In this document: positions 17,986-27,326 of the stretch, in pieces
Numbering within the stretch: the first letter of the stretch is position 1
Layout of the letters: each line of letters opens with the position of its first letter
DNA from: Betaproteobacteria bacterium
Lineage (GTDB): Bacteria; Pseudomonadota; Gammaproteobacteria; Burkholderiales; SG8-39
Direction: 5' to 3'
DNA length: 64,000 nucleotides
Assembly (NCBI GenBank): GCA_947478805.1
Contig: CANJXQ010000007.1
Location: 15 to 64,014, forward strand
Made by a program: the position numbers and the translations under genes
The notes under the pieces: generated by a model
Told to the model about the DNA's origin: nothing
The model's input: only the letters and a program-made list of their open reading frames with translations
Databases searched by the model: none

Positions 17986-19188
17986 CTACGAAGCGGCCGG
18001 CGACTTTTTCGGTGCAATGGGGGTGGCGGGTGCGACGGGCGGCACGCGCGGCAGCACCCCTGAATCGATGAGTTGCTGGATCTCGCCGCGTTCCAGCCAG
18101 CCGTCGAGCGCGCCATGCACGTCCGAATTATCCGATGGCTGCGGGGGCAGCGGCGTGCCCGGGTCGGTGCGGCTGAAGCGCGGTGCCGGACGGGGCTGCA
18201 CGACGCCGTCGATCTCGATGTAGGTGCCACGTGCACGGTTATGGGGGTGCGCGGGTGCTTCGGCTGCGGTGAGCACCGGCGCAAAGCAGGCATCGGTGCC
18301 TTCAAGCAGCTTGCACCAGTAGTCGCGAGGCTGGCGGCGAAAAATTTCCGTAAACAGGGCGTGAAGGCGCGGCCATTCCTTTTCGTCCCATTGGGTCGGG
18401 ACGTCGGCGGGATCGATCGGCAGCAGGCGGATGAGCTCGGCGAAGAACTTCGCTTCGATGGGGGCAATGGAAATCCAGAGGCCGTCGGCGCATTCATAGA
18501 CTTCGTAGAAGGGGGCACCCGAATCAAGGATGTTGGTGCCGCGCTCCGGCCGGTGGATGCCCGCCGCGTACAGGCCGAGCACGGGCGACATCAGCGATGC
18601 TGTCCCGTCGATGATGCTCGAGTCGACAACCTGCCCCTTGCCCGAGTGACGCGACTCGAGAATGGCGGACACCATGCCGAGCGCAAGGTACAGGGCGCCA
18701 CCCGCGTAGTCGCCAAGAAAGTTGACCGGCGGCGTCGGCGGCTGGCCCTTGCGGCCGATCATGTGCAACGCGCCTGTCAGCGCGATGTAGTTGAGATCGT
18801 GGGCCGCAGACTGCGACAGCGGCCCCGTTTGGCCCCATCCCGTCGCGCGCCCGACCACGATTCTGGGGTTGCGCCGCAGGCATTCATCCGGGCCAATGCC
18901 CAGGCGCTCGATGACCCCGGGGCGAAATGGATCGATCATGCCGTCGGCGTTCTCGACCAGTCTCAAGACGAGTTCGACGGCTTCCGGCCGCTTCAGATCA
19001 AGCGATATGACTTTGCGGCCGCGCATGGCCAGGCTGAACTTGAGCGGGCGGGGAAAGCCGAGGCCGCTCGGTTCGAGTCGATCGACCTTCAGCACTGTTG
19101 CGCCGAGATCGGCCAGCAGCATCGCGCACATCGGTGCGGGGCCGATACCGGCCAGCTCGACGATCCTTACATTTGCCAGAGGGCCGAT
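17986..19188 (-). CDS. Family III CoA-transferase; conserved N-terminus lacks a canonical start codon
   Basis: The ORF-track start (19131) truncates the conserved motif. In-frame upstream codons read GPLANVRIVELAGIGPAPMCAMLLADLGATVLKV with no ATG/GTG/TTG back to the acyl-CoA dehydrogenase stop. ATC at 19186-19188 has GGAG 8 nt upstream. Confidence 0.75.
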   Translation of the reverse strand: MGPLANVRIVELAGIGPAPMCAMLLADLGATVLKVDRLEPSGLGFPRPLKFSLAMRGRKVISLDLKRPEAVELVLRLVENADGMIDPFRPGVIERLGIGPDECLRRNPRIVVGRATGWGQTGPLSQSAAHDLNYIALTGALHMIGRKGQPPTPPVNFLGDYAGGALYLALGMVSAILESRHSGKGQVVDSSIIDGTASLMSPVLGLYAAGIHRPERGTNILDSGAPFYEVYECADGLWISIAPIEAKFFAELIRLLPIDPADVPTQWDEKEWPRLHALFTEIFRRQPRDYWCKLLEGTDACFAPVLTAAEAPAHPHNRARGTYIEIDGVVQPRPAPRFSRTDPGTPLPPQPSDNSDVHGALDGWLERGEIQQLIDSGVLPRVPPVAPATPIAPKKSPAAS

Positions 19189-19221
19189 GGGAAAAGCTCC
19201 AATGCCAGTGGTGCGGCCGGG

Positions 19222-20388
19222 TTAATACGACTTGGGCAGGCCAAGCACGCGCTCGGCAATGTATGCCATCGCAAGGCTTTGCGAGACCGGGGCGAAGCGC
19301 CACAGGCGTGTCTCGCGGAAGTACCGCTCGACATGAAACTCCGTCGCGTAGCCGAACCCGCCATGCGTCTGAAGCGCGCGGTCGGCTGCCTCGAAGGCCG
19401 CATCGCCAGCGAGCCATTTCGCCATATTGGCCTCAGCGCCACAGGGCAGGCCGGCGTCATACATGGTGGCCGCCTTGATGGCCATCAGGTGCGCGGCTTC
19501 AAGCTTGGTATATGACTCGGCGAGCGGCAGCTGGACGGCCTGATTCTGCCCGATGGGCCGATTGAATACGACGCGGTTTTTCGCGTATTCGGATGCTCGC
19601 CGAATCGCGCAATGCCCGAGGGCAACCGCCTCGAAGGCGATCAGGATGCGTTCTGCATTCAGTCCGTCGAGCAGGTATCTGAACCCCTTGCCCTCCTCGC
19701 CGACGCGATCGGACTCGTGAACGCGCAGCCCGTCAAAGAACAACTCGCATGACGATACGGAATTGCGTGCCATTTTCTTGATCGGCTTGATGGTGACATG
19801 TGCCGGATCGAGGTCCACGAGAAACAGCGTCATGCCGTCGCTTGGGCGCGCTACCTTGTCGCGTGGCGTGGTCCGGGTGAGCAGCAGGCACTTCTGCGAT
19901 TCGGCCGCCTTGCTGATCCAGACCTTTTTCCCGGTGATCACGTAGTGGTCGCCATCGCGCACCGCGGCCGTGGTGATCTTGGTGGTGTCGCTGCCGGCGT
20001 CCGGCTCGGTGACGCCGAAGCAGACATGCAATTTGCCTTGGACAACCGCGGGGAGGTACTTCTGCTTCATTTCCTCGCTGCCAAACTTGACCACCGGGGT
20101 CAGGCCGAAAATGCTCAGATGCACCGCACTGGCGGCACCCAATCCGCCACCGGAGCCCGAGACTTCGCCCAGCGCGACAGCCGTATGCGTCAACCCCAGT
20201 CCCGAACCGCCGTATTCGGGCGGAATGACGATACCCAGGTAGCCCGACTTGGCGAAGGCATCGTAGAACGCGGTCGGAAAAGTGTGCGTCTCATCCCTTT
20301 CGGCCCAGTACTCGTCGGGGAAGTCGCGCATCAGGCGCCTGATGGCCTCCGCGATTTCCTCATGTTCTTCAGTCAGGCCAAACTTCAT
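19222..20388 (-). CDS. Acyl-CoA dehydrogenase
   Basis: 388 aa with MKFGLTEEHEEIAEAIRRL..., LTEPDAGSD-like VTEPDAGSD, and C-terminal GGFGYATEFHVERYFRE. Confidence 0.88.
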   Translation of the reverse strand: MKFGLTEEHEEIAEAIRRLMRDFPDEYWAERDETHTFPTAFYDAFAKSGYLGIVIPPEYGGSGLGLTHTAVALGEVSGSGGGLGAASAVHLSIFGLTPVVKFGSEEMKQKYLPAVVQGKLHVCFGVTEPDAGSDTTKITTAAVRDGDHYVITGKKVWISKAAESQKCLLLTRTTPRDKVARPSDGMTLFLVDLDPAHVTIKPIKKMARNSVSSCELFFDGLRVHESDRVGEEGKGFRYLLDGLNAERILIAFEAVALGHCAIRRASEYAKNRVVFNRPIGQNQAVQLPLAESYTKLEAAHLMAIKAATMYDAGLPCGAEANMAKWLAGDAAFEAADRALQTHGGFGYATEFHVERYFRETRLWRFAPVSQSLAMAYIAERVLGLPKSY

Positions 20389-20425
20389 CGTCGAATGTCC
20401 TTCGGAATCGGCTGCGTATCCTGGG

Positions 20426-20887
20426 TCAGGGCTTGGGACGCTTCATCATCAGGGCCGCCCGGCCAATTACCGCCACAATTTCGTTGCGCTGGTTGAACCC
20501 GGTGTGCGTGAAATTCACGATCCCTGCGTCGGGGTACTTCTTTGACTCGCGTTTCGATACGACGATCGACTCCGCTCGCAGTGTGTCGCCCACCCGGACG
20601 GGCGCGGGGAAGCGGACATTGTCAAAGCCGAGGTTTCCTAGCGTGGTCCCATGCGACAGGTCGGATACCGGGAATCCAACAATCAGCCCGAGCGTGAAAA
20701 CACTATTGACCAGTCGCGTGCCGTACATCAGCTTCTTGGAAAATTCCTCATCCAGGTGCAGCGGCTGCGTGTTGTGCGTCATGGTCGTGAAGAAGAGGTT
20801 GTCAGTCTCCGTCACGGTGCGCGTCATCGAATGTTTGTACAACTGATTGACGACAAAATCCTCGTAGTACAGTCCTGCCATTTTCAT
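20426..20887 (-). CDS. MaoC-family (R)-hydratase/dehydratase (itaconyl-/mesaconyl-CoA hydratase-like)
   Basis: 153 aa hot-dog fold pattern TMTHNTQPLHLDEEF. First gene of the minus-strand CoA operon. Confidence 0.8.
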   Translation of the reverse strand: MKMAGLYYEDFVVNQLYKHSMTRTVTETDNLFFTTMTHNTQPLHLDEEFSKKLMYGTRLVNSVFTLGLIVGFPVSDLSHGTTLGNLGFDNVRFPAPVRVGDTLRAESIVVSKRESKKYPDAGIVNFTHTGFNQRNEIVAVIGRAALMMKRPKP

Positions 20888-21093
20888 TTCCTCGGTTTGG
20901 ATCCGGCTTGGTCGGGGTCATTGCCTCGGGTGTGGCGGTGTTGCGCCGTAGGCATGGGCCGGGGTGATTGTGAGCGAACTGGATAGATAGCCGATGGTTT
21001 TGGGGCTGTCAAGTCATCGGCATGCGCAACACAACGCCTGCATCTCCTGCTTTCCCGTCGATCGCGCGACCCTTTGCCCCTTTGGCGTTTCGG

Positions 21094-22119
21094 CTACTTC
21101 TTGACGATGCCCTCCCAGCGCGCGCGGTACGCCTTGATCACTTCGGGCGTGTACTTCGTCGGATCGTAAGGCGCGATGCCACGCGCGTCGCCGCTGCCGG
21201 GAATGTTCGGCAGCGGGCTGGCGGCCTCGCCCAACCCGTTCCATGCGGTTTGGCCTGCGCGTGACATGACGTAGTCCATGTAGACCTGCGCCGCATTGGG
21301 GCGCTTGGACCATGCCACGATTCCACCGCCGTACTGGATGCCGAATGCCGACTCCGGATAAACCAGCTTGACCGGGGCGCCCTTGGCGACCAGCGGCAGC
21401 ACCATGGTTGCGCTCATGAAACTTACCACCGGCAACTCGCCCGAGGCCACCATCTGTGCGCCGATGGGGTTGCTGCCGTAGATCTTGGGCTTTTGCGCCG
21501 CGAGTTTGGCCATGAAATCGGGGCCTTCCTTCTTCTCCAGCCAGTCGTAGAAGGCGATGAGGCTGGTGGCCACGAGGTCGATCATGCCGACCTTGCCGGA
21601 GAACTCGGGCTTGAGCAGATCGCGGTAACTGGTGATCGGCGATTTCACAAGGGTGGTGTTGTAGGCGATGCCGAAGGGCTCCAGAGCGAGCACCGGAATC
21701 GTCCCCTTCACCATGAATGCGGCGGGCCAGGTGGCGGCGTTGGGGCCGGCGGGCGCCTTCAGCGCGCCTTCCTTCAATCGGTCTTCCAGCCAGACCATTT
21801 CGGTGGTGATGGTGACATCGCCGCCATCGACGCCAGTGGCGCGTTCCTGGTCGAGCTTGCTCATCATGGGGCCGCTCGACATGCGCGTCTGCTCCAGCCG
21901 AATGCCGGGGTAGGTCTTCTCGAAGTCGGCCTTGATGCGTTCCATCACGCTCGGGCCCTGTGCCGAGAACACCACCACGCGGCCTTCCTTCTGCGCGGCC
22001 GCCACGACATCCTTCCACGCCGCGGATTGCGCCTGCGCGATGCTGGCTGCTCCTGCGGCGAGCGCCGCCAGGATCAGCGTGGCAAGCCGGGTCATGCTGA
22101 TTGCGTCGCGGTAATTCAT
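21094..22119 (-). CDS. Periplasmic ABC-type solute-binding protein, orphan (paralog 1 of 3)
   Basis: Signal peptide ...AAGAASIAQA, then AAAQKEGRVVVFSAQG...FEKTYPGIRLEQTR...LDQERATGVDGGDV. Clear paralog of 27327-28325 and 36245-37285. No permease or ATPase adjacent. Confidence 0.8.
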   Translation of the reverse strand: MNYRDAISMTRLATLILAALAAGAASIAQAQSAAWKDVVAAAQKEGRVVVFSAQGPSVMERIKADFEKTYPGIRLEQTRMSSGPMMSKLDQERATGVDGGDVTITTEMVWLEDRLKEGALKAPAGPNAATWPAAFMVKGTIPVLALEPFGIAYNTTLVKSPITSYRDLLKPEFSGKVGMIDLVATSLIAFYDWLEKKEGPDFMAKLAAQKPKIYGSNPIGAQMVASGELPVVSFMSATMVLPLVAKGAPVKLVYPESAFGIQYGGGIVAWSKRPNAAQVYMDYVMSRAGQTAWNGLGEAASPLPNIPGSGDARGIAPYDPTKYTPEVIKAYRARWEGIVKK

Positions 22120-22327
22120 GATGGTGATCTCCTCGGGCTTTTGCGTTACAGCGGTGCGTTACGGCGGGGGCGTTACGCTGCCATATTACATCCGCCCGGG
22201 AACCCGCATGTCGTCATGCATGTTCTGCAATGCAGCGGGCGAGCCGGGGGTGGCGATGGCTCTGCTAACATCGCCGGCATGTCGCGCGATCAGTCGATGG
22301 CGCTGGCTTTGGGATCGGGAAATCAGC

Positions 22328-23509
22328 ATGAGTGGATCAGCAGCGCCCCTGCGGGGGGCAGCGGCCATCGCCGGCGTGGGCGAGAGCGCCATCGGGCGCG
22401 TGGAGGGCAAGAGCGGTGTGCGGCTCGCGATCGATGCCGCGCGCGCGGCCATGGAGGACGCAGGCCTCGCGCTCGGCGACATCGACGGGCTGCTGGTCAC
22501 GCCGGTATTCGTGAAATCGTGGCCGCGGCAGGCCAATGTGTTCGCGGAGTTTCTCGGCGTGAAGCCGCGCTGGGCCATGACCTACCAGAACTCCGGCGCC
22601 AGCGCCTGTTCCATGGTCGGCACCGCAGCCGCGGCCGTTCATTCCGGCCTCGCCGACGTGGTGCTGATCGCAACCGGCGACAACGAACTCACGGGCCTGG
22701 GTACTACCGGAGTGGTCACGGAGCTTGCGCGGCAGCGCGACCCCGATGTGGAAGTGCCTTATGGGCTGATCGTTCCGGCAGGATTTGCCATGGCAGCGCG
22801 CCGTCACATGCACGAGTACGGCACCACGCCCGAACAGATGGCCGCGGTCGCCGTGACCATGCGTGACCACGCGCGGCGCACCGGGCGCGCGCATCACGCA
22901 GGGCCGCTCAACGTGGCCGACGTGCTGGCCTCGCCGATGATTGCCGATCCGTTTCATCGCCTCGACTGTTCCCTGGTGTCTGATGGCGGCGGCGCGGTCA
23001 TCGTCACTTCGCTCGAGCGCGCGCGCCACCTGAAGAAATCGCCGGTGCCGATCCTTGGCGTTGGCGAAGCCTACACGCATGAGCGCCTGTCCAACGCGCC
23101 ATCGCTCACCACGTTCGGGGGCAAGCTCTCCGCCGAGCGCGCCTACGGCATGGCGGGCGTGGGCCCGGCCGACATGCAGGTGGCGGGTATCTACGACTGC
23201 TTCACCGGGGTGGTGCTGATCGAGCTGGAGGACTTCGGCTTCTGCAAGCCGGGAGAGTCCGGCCCGTTCGTGGCCAGCGGCGGCATCGGCGTGAATGGCC
23301 GCATCCCGGTCAATACGCACGGTGGGCTGCTGTCCTATTGCCATCCGGGCTATCCGGGCGGCATCTTCCACGTCATCGAAGTGGCGCGGCAGTTGCGCGG
23401 CGAGGCGAGCGGGCGTCAGGTGAAGTGCGACCTGGGGTTCGTCAATTCCATGGGTGGGGTATTCGCCACCAATTCGACCGTCATTCTCGGCACGGAGAAC
23501 GCGTTATGA
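22328..23509 (+). CDS. Thiolase-fold protein (SCP-x/lipid-transfer-type thiolase-like)
   Basis: The internal ATG at 22328 gives MSGSAAPLRGAAAIAGVGESAIGRV. Thiolase-like C-terminus NTHGGLLSYCHPGYPGG. Its stop overlaps the start of a DUF35 OB-fold partner. Confidence 0.8.
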   Translation: MSGSAAPLRGAAAIAGVGESAIGRVEGKSGVRLAIDAARAAMEDAGLALGDIDGLLVTPVFVKSWPRQANVFAEFLGVKPRWAMTYQNSGASACSMVGTAAAAVHSGLADVVLIATGDNELTGLGTTGVVTELARQRDPDVEVPYGLIVPAGFAMAARRHMHEYGTTPEQMAAVAVTMRDHARRTGRAHHAGPLNVADVLASPMIADPFHRLDCSLVSDGGGAVIVTSLERARHLKKSPVPILGVGEAYTHERLSNAPSLTTFGGKLSAERAYGMAGVGPADMQVAGIYDCFTGVVLIELEDFGFCKPGESGPFVASGGIGVNGRIPVNTHGGLLSYCHPGYPGGIFHVIEVARQLRGEASGRQVKCDLGFVNSMGGVFATNSTVILGTENAL

Positions 23510-23916
23510 GCAAGTCATCGCAAATGGCCGAGGGCCTCGACGATCCGGATGCCGCGGCGTTCTGGCGCGCGGCCGCCGAAGGGCGGCTGGTCTATTCGCA
23601 GTGCACGGCGTGTGAGGCGAAATGGTTTCCGCTGCGCGGTGTTTGTTCGGCCTGCGGCAGCGACTGCGCCGAGCGCCAGTCATCCGGTCGTGGCGAGGTC
23701 TATACCTGGAGCCGCGTGCATCGCTCGGGCGAGACCGGCTTCGCGCAGCAGGTCCCGTACGTGGTGGGCATGATCGCGTTGGATGACGGCTTTCGCATCA
23801 TGGCCAATATTGAGCCGGTGGCCGCAGTGGAAATCGGCAGGCGCTGCCACGTGACGTTCCGGGCGTCGCCGGCCACCGGCAAGCCGGCGCCGCTCTTCAT
23901 CCTCGACGAAGCGTGA
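23506..23916 (+). CDS. Zn-ribbon/OB-fold protein (DUF35 family), thiolase partner
   Basis: CTACEAKWFPLRGVCSACGS rubredoxin-like ribbon followed by an OB-fold segment (GEVYTWSRVH...VVGMIALDDGFRIMANI). ATGA overlap with the upstream thiolase-like gene. Confidence 0.8.
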   Translation: MSKSSQMAEGLDDPDAAAFWRAAAEGRLVYSQCTACEAKWFPLRGVCSACGSDCAERQSSGRGEVYTWSRVHRSGETGFAQQVPYVVGMIALDDGFRIMANIEPVAAVEIGRRCHVTFRASPATGKPAPLFILDEA

Positions 23917-23923
23917 GCGTGGC

Positions 23924-25474
23924 GTGACCGGGGTCGCGGCTGTGTTGTCGGCAGGTGAGTGCCCCGGAGATGCCGCACTGCCGCTCGCGCAGGTGCTGCT
24001 TGATCGCTATGCCGATTCGCGCGATCGGCCCTTCATCGCCTTCGAGGGCGGCGAGGCTTATACCTATGGTGAAACGGTGGGCCGCGCGGCATCCATCAGT
24101 GCAGCCCTGGCCGATGCCGGGCTCTCGCCCGGCGACCGCGTGCTCGTCGCATTAGACAACGGCCCCGCCTTCATCGATGCATGGTTCGGCTGCGCGCTCG
24201 GGGGCTTTGTCATGGTGCCGCTCAACACGCTGCTGAGCGGGCGCTTGCTCGAGGATGTGGTGAGGCGCAGTGCACCGCGCGCTGTGGTGGCGCAGGAGCC
24301 GTATGCAAGCGGCCTCGATGCCCTGACATCAAGTTGCGCGTTGCGCCTGATCGTCGACGCAGCGCGCAGCGGCTGGACCGCGCATGCCGGAGTCGTCCGC
24401 AACGACGCCGTGCCGCGCGATGCCGGGGTCAAGGGCGGTGATCCGATGTCGATCATGTTCACTTCGGGCACCACCGGCCCCGCCAAGGGCGCGATCCTGT
24501 CGCAGGCGCACTGCGTGGCGCGATCAGGCTCCTATCGCGAGGGCCTGAGGATCGACGACAGCGACGTGATGTTCACCTGCCTGCCGCTGTTTCACAACAA
24601 CGCGCAGATGGCGAGCGTGCTGGTGGCGGTGCTGGCGCGTGCGCGAGCGGCGGTGTACGACAAGTTCAGCGTGTCACGCTTCTGGTCGAATGTCCGCGAG
24701 GCGAAGGCAACACGCTTCACGCTGATCGGCCGCATGGCCAACCTGCTGCTGGCGTCGCCGGTGCATGCCGAGGAGCGTGCGCATGCGGTGCGCTCTGCCT
24801 GCATCGTTCCCCACCCGAACGGCGAGGACGCGTTCGAGCGCAGGTTCGGCATTCGCGTCATTTCGCAGTACTACGGCTGCACGGAAATGATTCCGCTTGC
24901 TCCGCGCATCGACCAGGAGCGGCGTATCGGCAGTTGCGGCAAGCCGACCCGGGGCTTCGAGTGCATGGTTGTGGATGCGGATGGGCAACCGGTTCCCGAT
25001 GGCGAGATGGGGGAGCTTGTGGCGCGGCCGGTACGCCCTGAGGGCGTCATGAGCGGTTACCTCGACATGCCGGTGGAGACGCTGCATGCTTTTCGCGGTC
25101 TCTGGTACCACACCGGCGATGCCGCGCGCCGTGACGCCGACGGGTTCTTCTATCTGGTGGGCAGGTTGAAGGACTTCATCCGGCGCAAGGGCGAGAACAT
25201 ATCGGCCGCTGAAGTCGAGGCGGCGCTCGCGGGACATCCTGCAGTATTCGAATGCGCCGCCGTCGGCGAGCCCGATGCCTGGGGCGAGGAGGACGTGGTG
25301 CTGTGGGTGGAAGCCAGGCCCGGCGTGCACCCTGACGTGGCCGAGCTGCAACGCATCTGTGCCGAGCGCCTGCCGGCGTTCATGGTGCCCGCACGCATCC
25401 GGCTGATCGATGCGCTGCCGAGGAATGCGCTGGGGCGGATCGAAAAGTTCAAGCTGAGGGCGAGCGCCGCCTAA
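23924..25474 (+). CDS. AMP-dependent synthetase/ligase (acyl-CoA ligase)
   Basis: AMP-binding motif FTSGTTGPAKGA, then YYGCTE, WYHTGD, and C-terminal GRIEKFKLR. Confidence 0.85.
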   Translation: MTGVAAVLSAGECPGDAALPLAQVLLDRYADSRDRPFIAFEGGEAYTYGETVGRAASISAALADAGLSPGDRVLVALDNGPAFIDAWFGCALGGFVMVPLNTLLSGRLLEDVVRRSAPRAVVAQEPYASGLDALTSSCALRLIVDAARSGWTAHAGVVRNDAVPRDAGVKGGDPMSIMFTSGTTGPAKGAILSQAHCVARSGSYREGLRIDDSDVMFTCLPLFHNNAQMASVLVAVLARARAAVYDKFSVSRFWSNVREAKATRFTLIGRMANLLLASPVHAEERAHAVRSACIVPHPNGEDAFERRFGIRVISQYYGCTEMIPLAPRIDQERRIGSCGKPTRGFECMVVDADGQPVPDGEMGELVARPVRPEGVMSGYLDMPVETLHAFRGLWYHTGDAARRDADGFFYLVGRLKDFIRRKGENISAAEVEAALAGHPAVFECAAVGEPDAWGEEDVVLWVEARPGVHPDVAELQRICAERLPAFMVPARIRLIDALPRNALGRIEKFKLRASAA

Positions 25475-25594
25475 ACGTTTTGCTCCACGTCTGCTCCTGC
25501 GGACTCGGAGGTGGCGTCTATAATCGTGGCGCAATCTGCTTTGTTCAGGTTGCTTTCGCCGCGTCACTGTTTTCCCGAAGGTTATCCCGCGCCC

Positions 25595-27253
25595 ATGCCC
25601 ACGTCCGACGCAAGAAACACCTACCCGGAATTCACCCCGGCATTCCCGCAAAAGAAGGATTGGGCACTGCCGTTCATTTTGCAGGCACGTGCGGCGACCC
25701 ATGGCGCGCAGGTGTTTCTCGACTTTCCGCTGACCGGGGAAAAGTGGACTTATACCGACACTTTGCGTCTCGCTAGGCGTGCAGCGTCTGCAGTGCTCTT
25801 GGCAGGCGCTGCCCCTGGCGACCGCCTGCTCATCATGGCCTCCAACCGGCCGGAGTTTGTGTTCTCGTGGCTGGCCGCGGCCTTCGCGGGCATGATCGAG
25901 GTGCCGCTGAGCACGCAGCTGCGCGGCAGCTTCTTCGAGCACCAGGTGCGCACGGTGAGCCCGAGCATCTGCGCCATCGAGCCTGAATTCGCGACACATT
26001 TTCTCGAGGCGAAGAAGGACTGCGCGTCGATCCGCCGTTTCTATGTCATGGGTGACGGTCCTGCGACGAACGCTGCGATCGCCGCGTTGCGTGCGGCCGG
26101 CTGGTCGGCGGAGCGCTTTGCCGACCTGATGGAGCCGGGCGCGCAGGGTGACGATCAAACGACTTCGTTGCCGGTGGTGCGTGTGCACGACCCCGCGGCC
26201 ATCTTCTTCACCTCGGGCACGACGGGGCCCGCCAAGGGCGTGATCATGTCGCATGCGCAGATGGCGCTGTTCGCGCAGGAACTGGTAGAGCTGACGCGCC
26301 TGACCGATGCCGACACCTACATGGCCTGCAACCCGCTGTTCCACGGCAACGCCCAGTTCCTCGCCATGTATCCGGCGCTGATCGTGGGCGCGCGTTTCGT
26401 CCTGCGCGAAAAGTACAGCGCCACCGCTTGGACGAGCTGGGTCCGGGACTCAAAGGTCACCATCACCAACCTGATGGGCGTGATGTTCGACTTCATCTGG
26501 AAGCAGCCGCCGCAACCCGACGATGCGGACAACGACCTGCGCTGCATCTTCGCCATCCCGACGCCAGGCTTCGGCGAACAGTTCAAGCAGCGCTTCGGCT
26601 TCGACACCTTCGTCGAAGCGTATGGCATGACCGAAGTGTCGATGCCGATGATGACGCCCTATGGCGAGAAGTATCCTCCCGGCGCCTGCGGGCGCCTCGT
26701 CGACCAGTGGTTCGACGTGCGAATCGTCGACTCCGATACTGATGAGGAAGTCCCGGACGGGCAGGTGGGCGAGTTGCTGGTGCGGCCGAAGTCCATGTGG
26801 ACCATCAACTCGGGCTATTACGGCATGCCAGAGCGCACGGCGGAGGCCTATCGCAACCTGTGGTTCCACACCGGCGACGGGGTGCGTCGGGACGCCGATG
26901 GCTGGTATTACTTCGTCGACCGGTTGAAAGACACCATCCGCCGGCGCGGCGAGTACGTGAGTTCCTACGAGCTCGAGCAGACCGTGCTGGATCACCCGGC
27001 TGTCATCGAATGCGCCGCGGTGGCCATCAAGGCAGAGGAAGGCGGCGATGACGAGATCGTGATCTTCGTCGTTCTGCGCGAAACGGCGAGCGATGTCGGC
27101 GAGGCGGAGATCCGCGCCTGGTGTCAGCAGCGCCTGCCGCGCTTTGCGATGCCGCGCGACATCCTGTTTGCGACTGACCTGCCCAAGACGCCTTCCGGGA
27201 AAATCCGCAAGGCCGAGCTGCGTGTGGACGCGAAGCGCCGGCTGGGCGGGTGA
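25595..27253 (+). CDS. AMP-dependent synthetase/ligase (second acyl-CoA ligase)
   Basis: FFTSGTTGPAKGV, AYGMTE, WFHTGD, PSGKIRKAEL. Start at ATG 25595 (MPTSDARNTYPEF). Confidence 0.85.
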   Translation: MPTSDARNTYPEFTPAFPQKKDWALPFILQARAATHGAQVFLDFPLTGEKWTYTDTLRLARRAASAVLLAGAAPGDRLLIMASNRPEFVFSWLAAAFAGMIEVPLSTQLRGSFFEHQVRTVSPSICAIEPEFATHFLEAKKDCASIRRFYVMGDGPATNAAIAALRAAGWSAERFADLMEPGAQGDDQTTSLPVVRVHDPAAIFFTSGTTGPAKGVIMSHAQMALFAQELVELTRLTDADTYMACNPLFHGNAQFLAMYPALIVGARFVLREKYSATAWTSWVRDSKVTITNLMGVMFDFIWKQPPQPDDADNDLRCIFAIPTPGFGEQFKQRFGFDTFVEAYGMTEVSMPMMTPYGEKYPPGACGRLVDQWFDVRIVDSDTDEEVPDGQVGELLVRPKSMWTINSGYYGMPERTAEAYRNLWFHTGDGVRRDADGWYYFVDRLKDTIRRRGEYVSSYELEQTVLDHPAVIECAAVAIKAEEGGDDEIVIFVVLRETASDVGEAEIRAWCQQRLPRFAMPRDILFATDLPKTPSGKIRKAELRVDAKRRLGG

Positions 27254-27326
27254 GGATGTGCGGCGAGTAACATGCGGTCGGGCGGGCGCAGGGTCTGCCG
27301 ACAACCGTTCATTCGGAGGACGTGCG

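Noticed and set aside
24674-26344. 556-aa minus-strand ORF, plus similar ORFs at 17019-18527 (-), 4707-6176 (-), 21493-22866 (+), 18073-19515 (+) and 44766-45977 (-)
   Set aside because: All overlap motif-supported genes on the opposite strand or in another frame and show the same biased composition. None has a plausible SD/start context.
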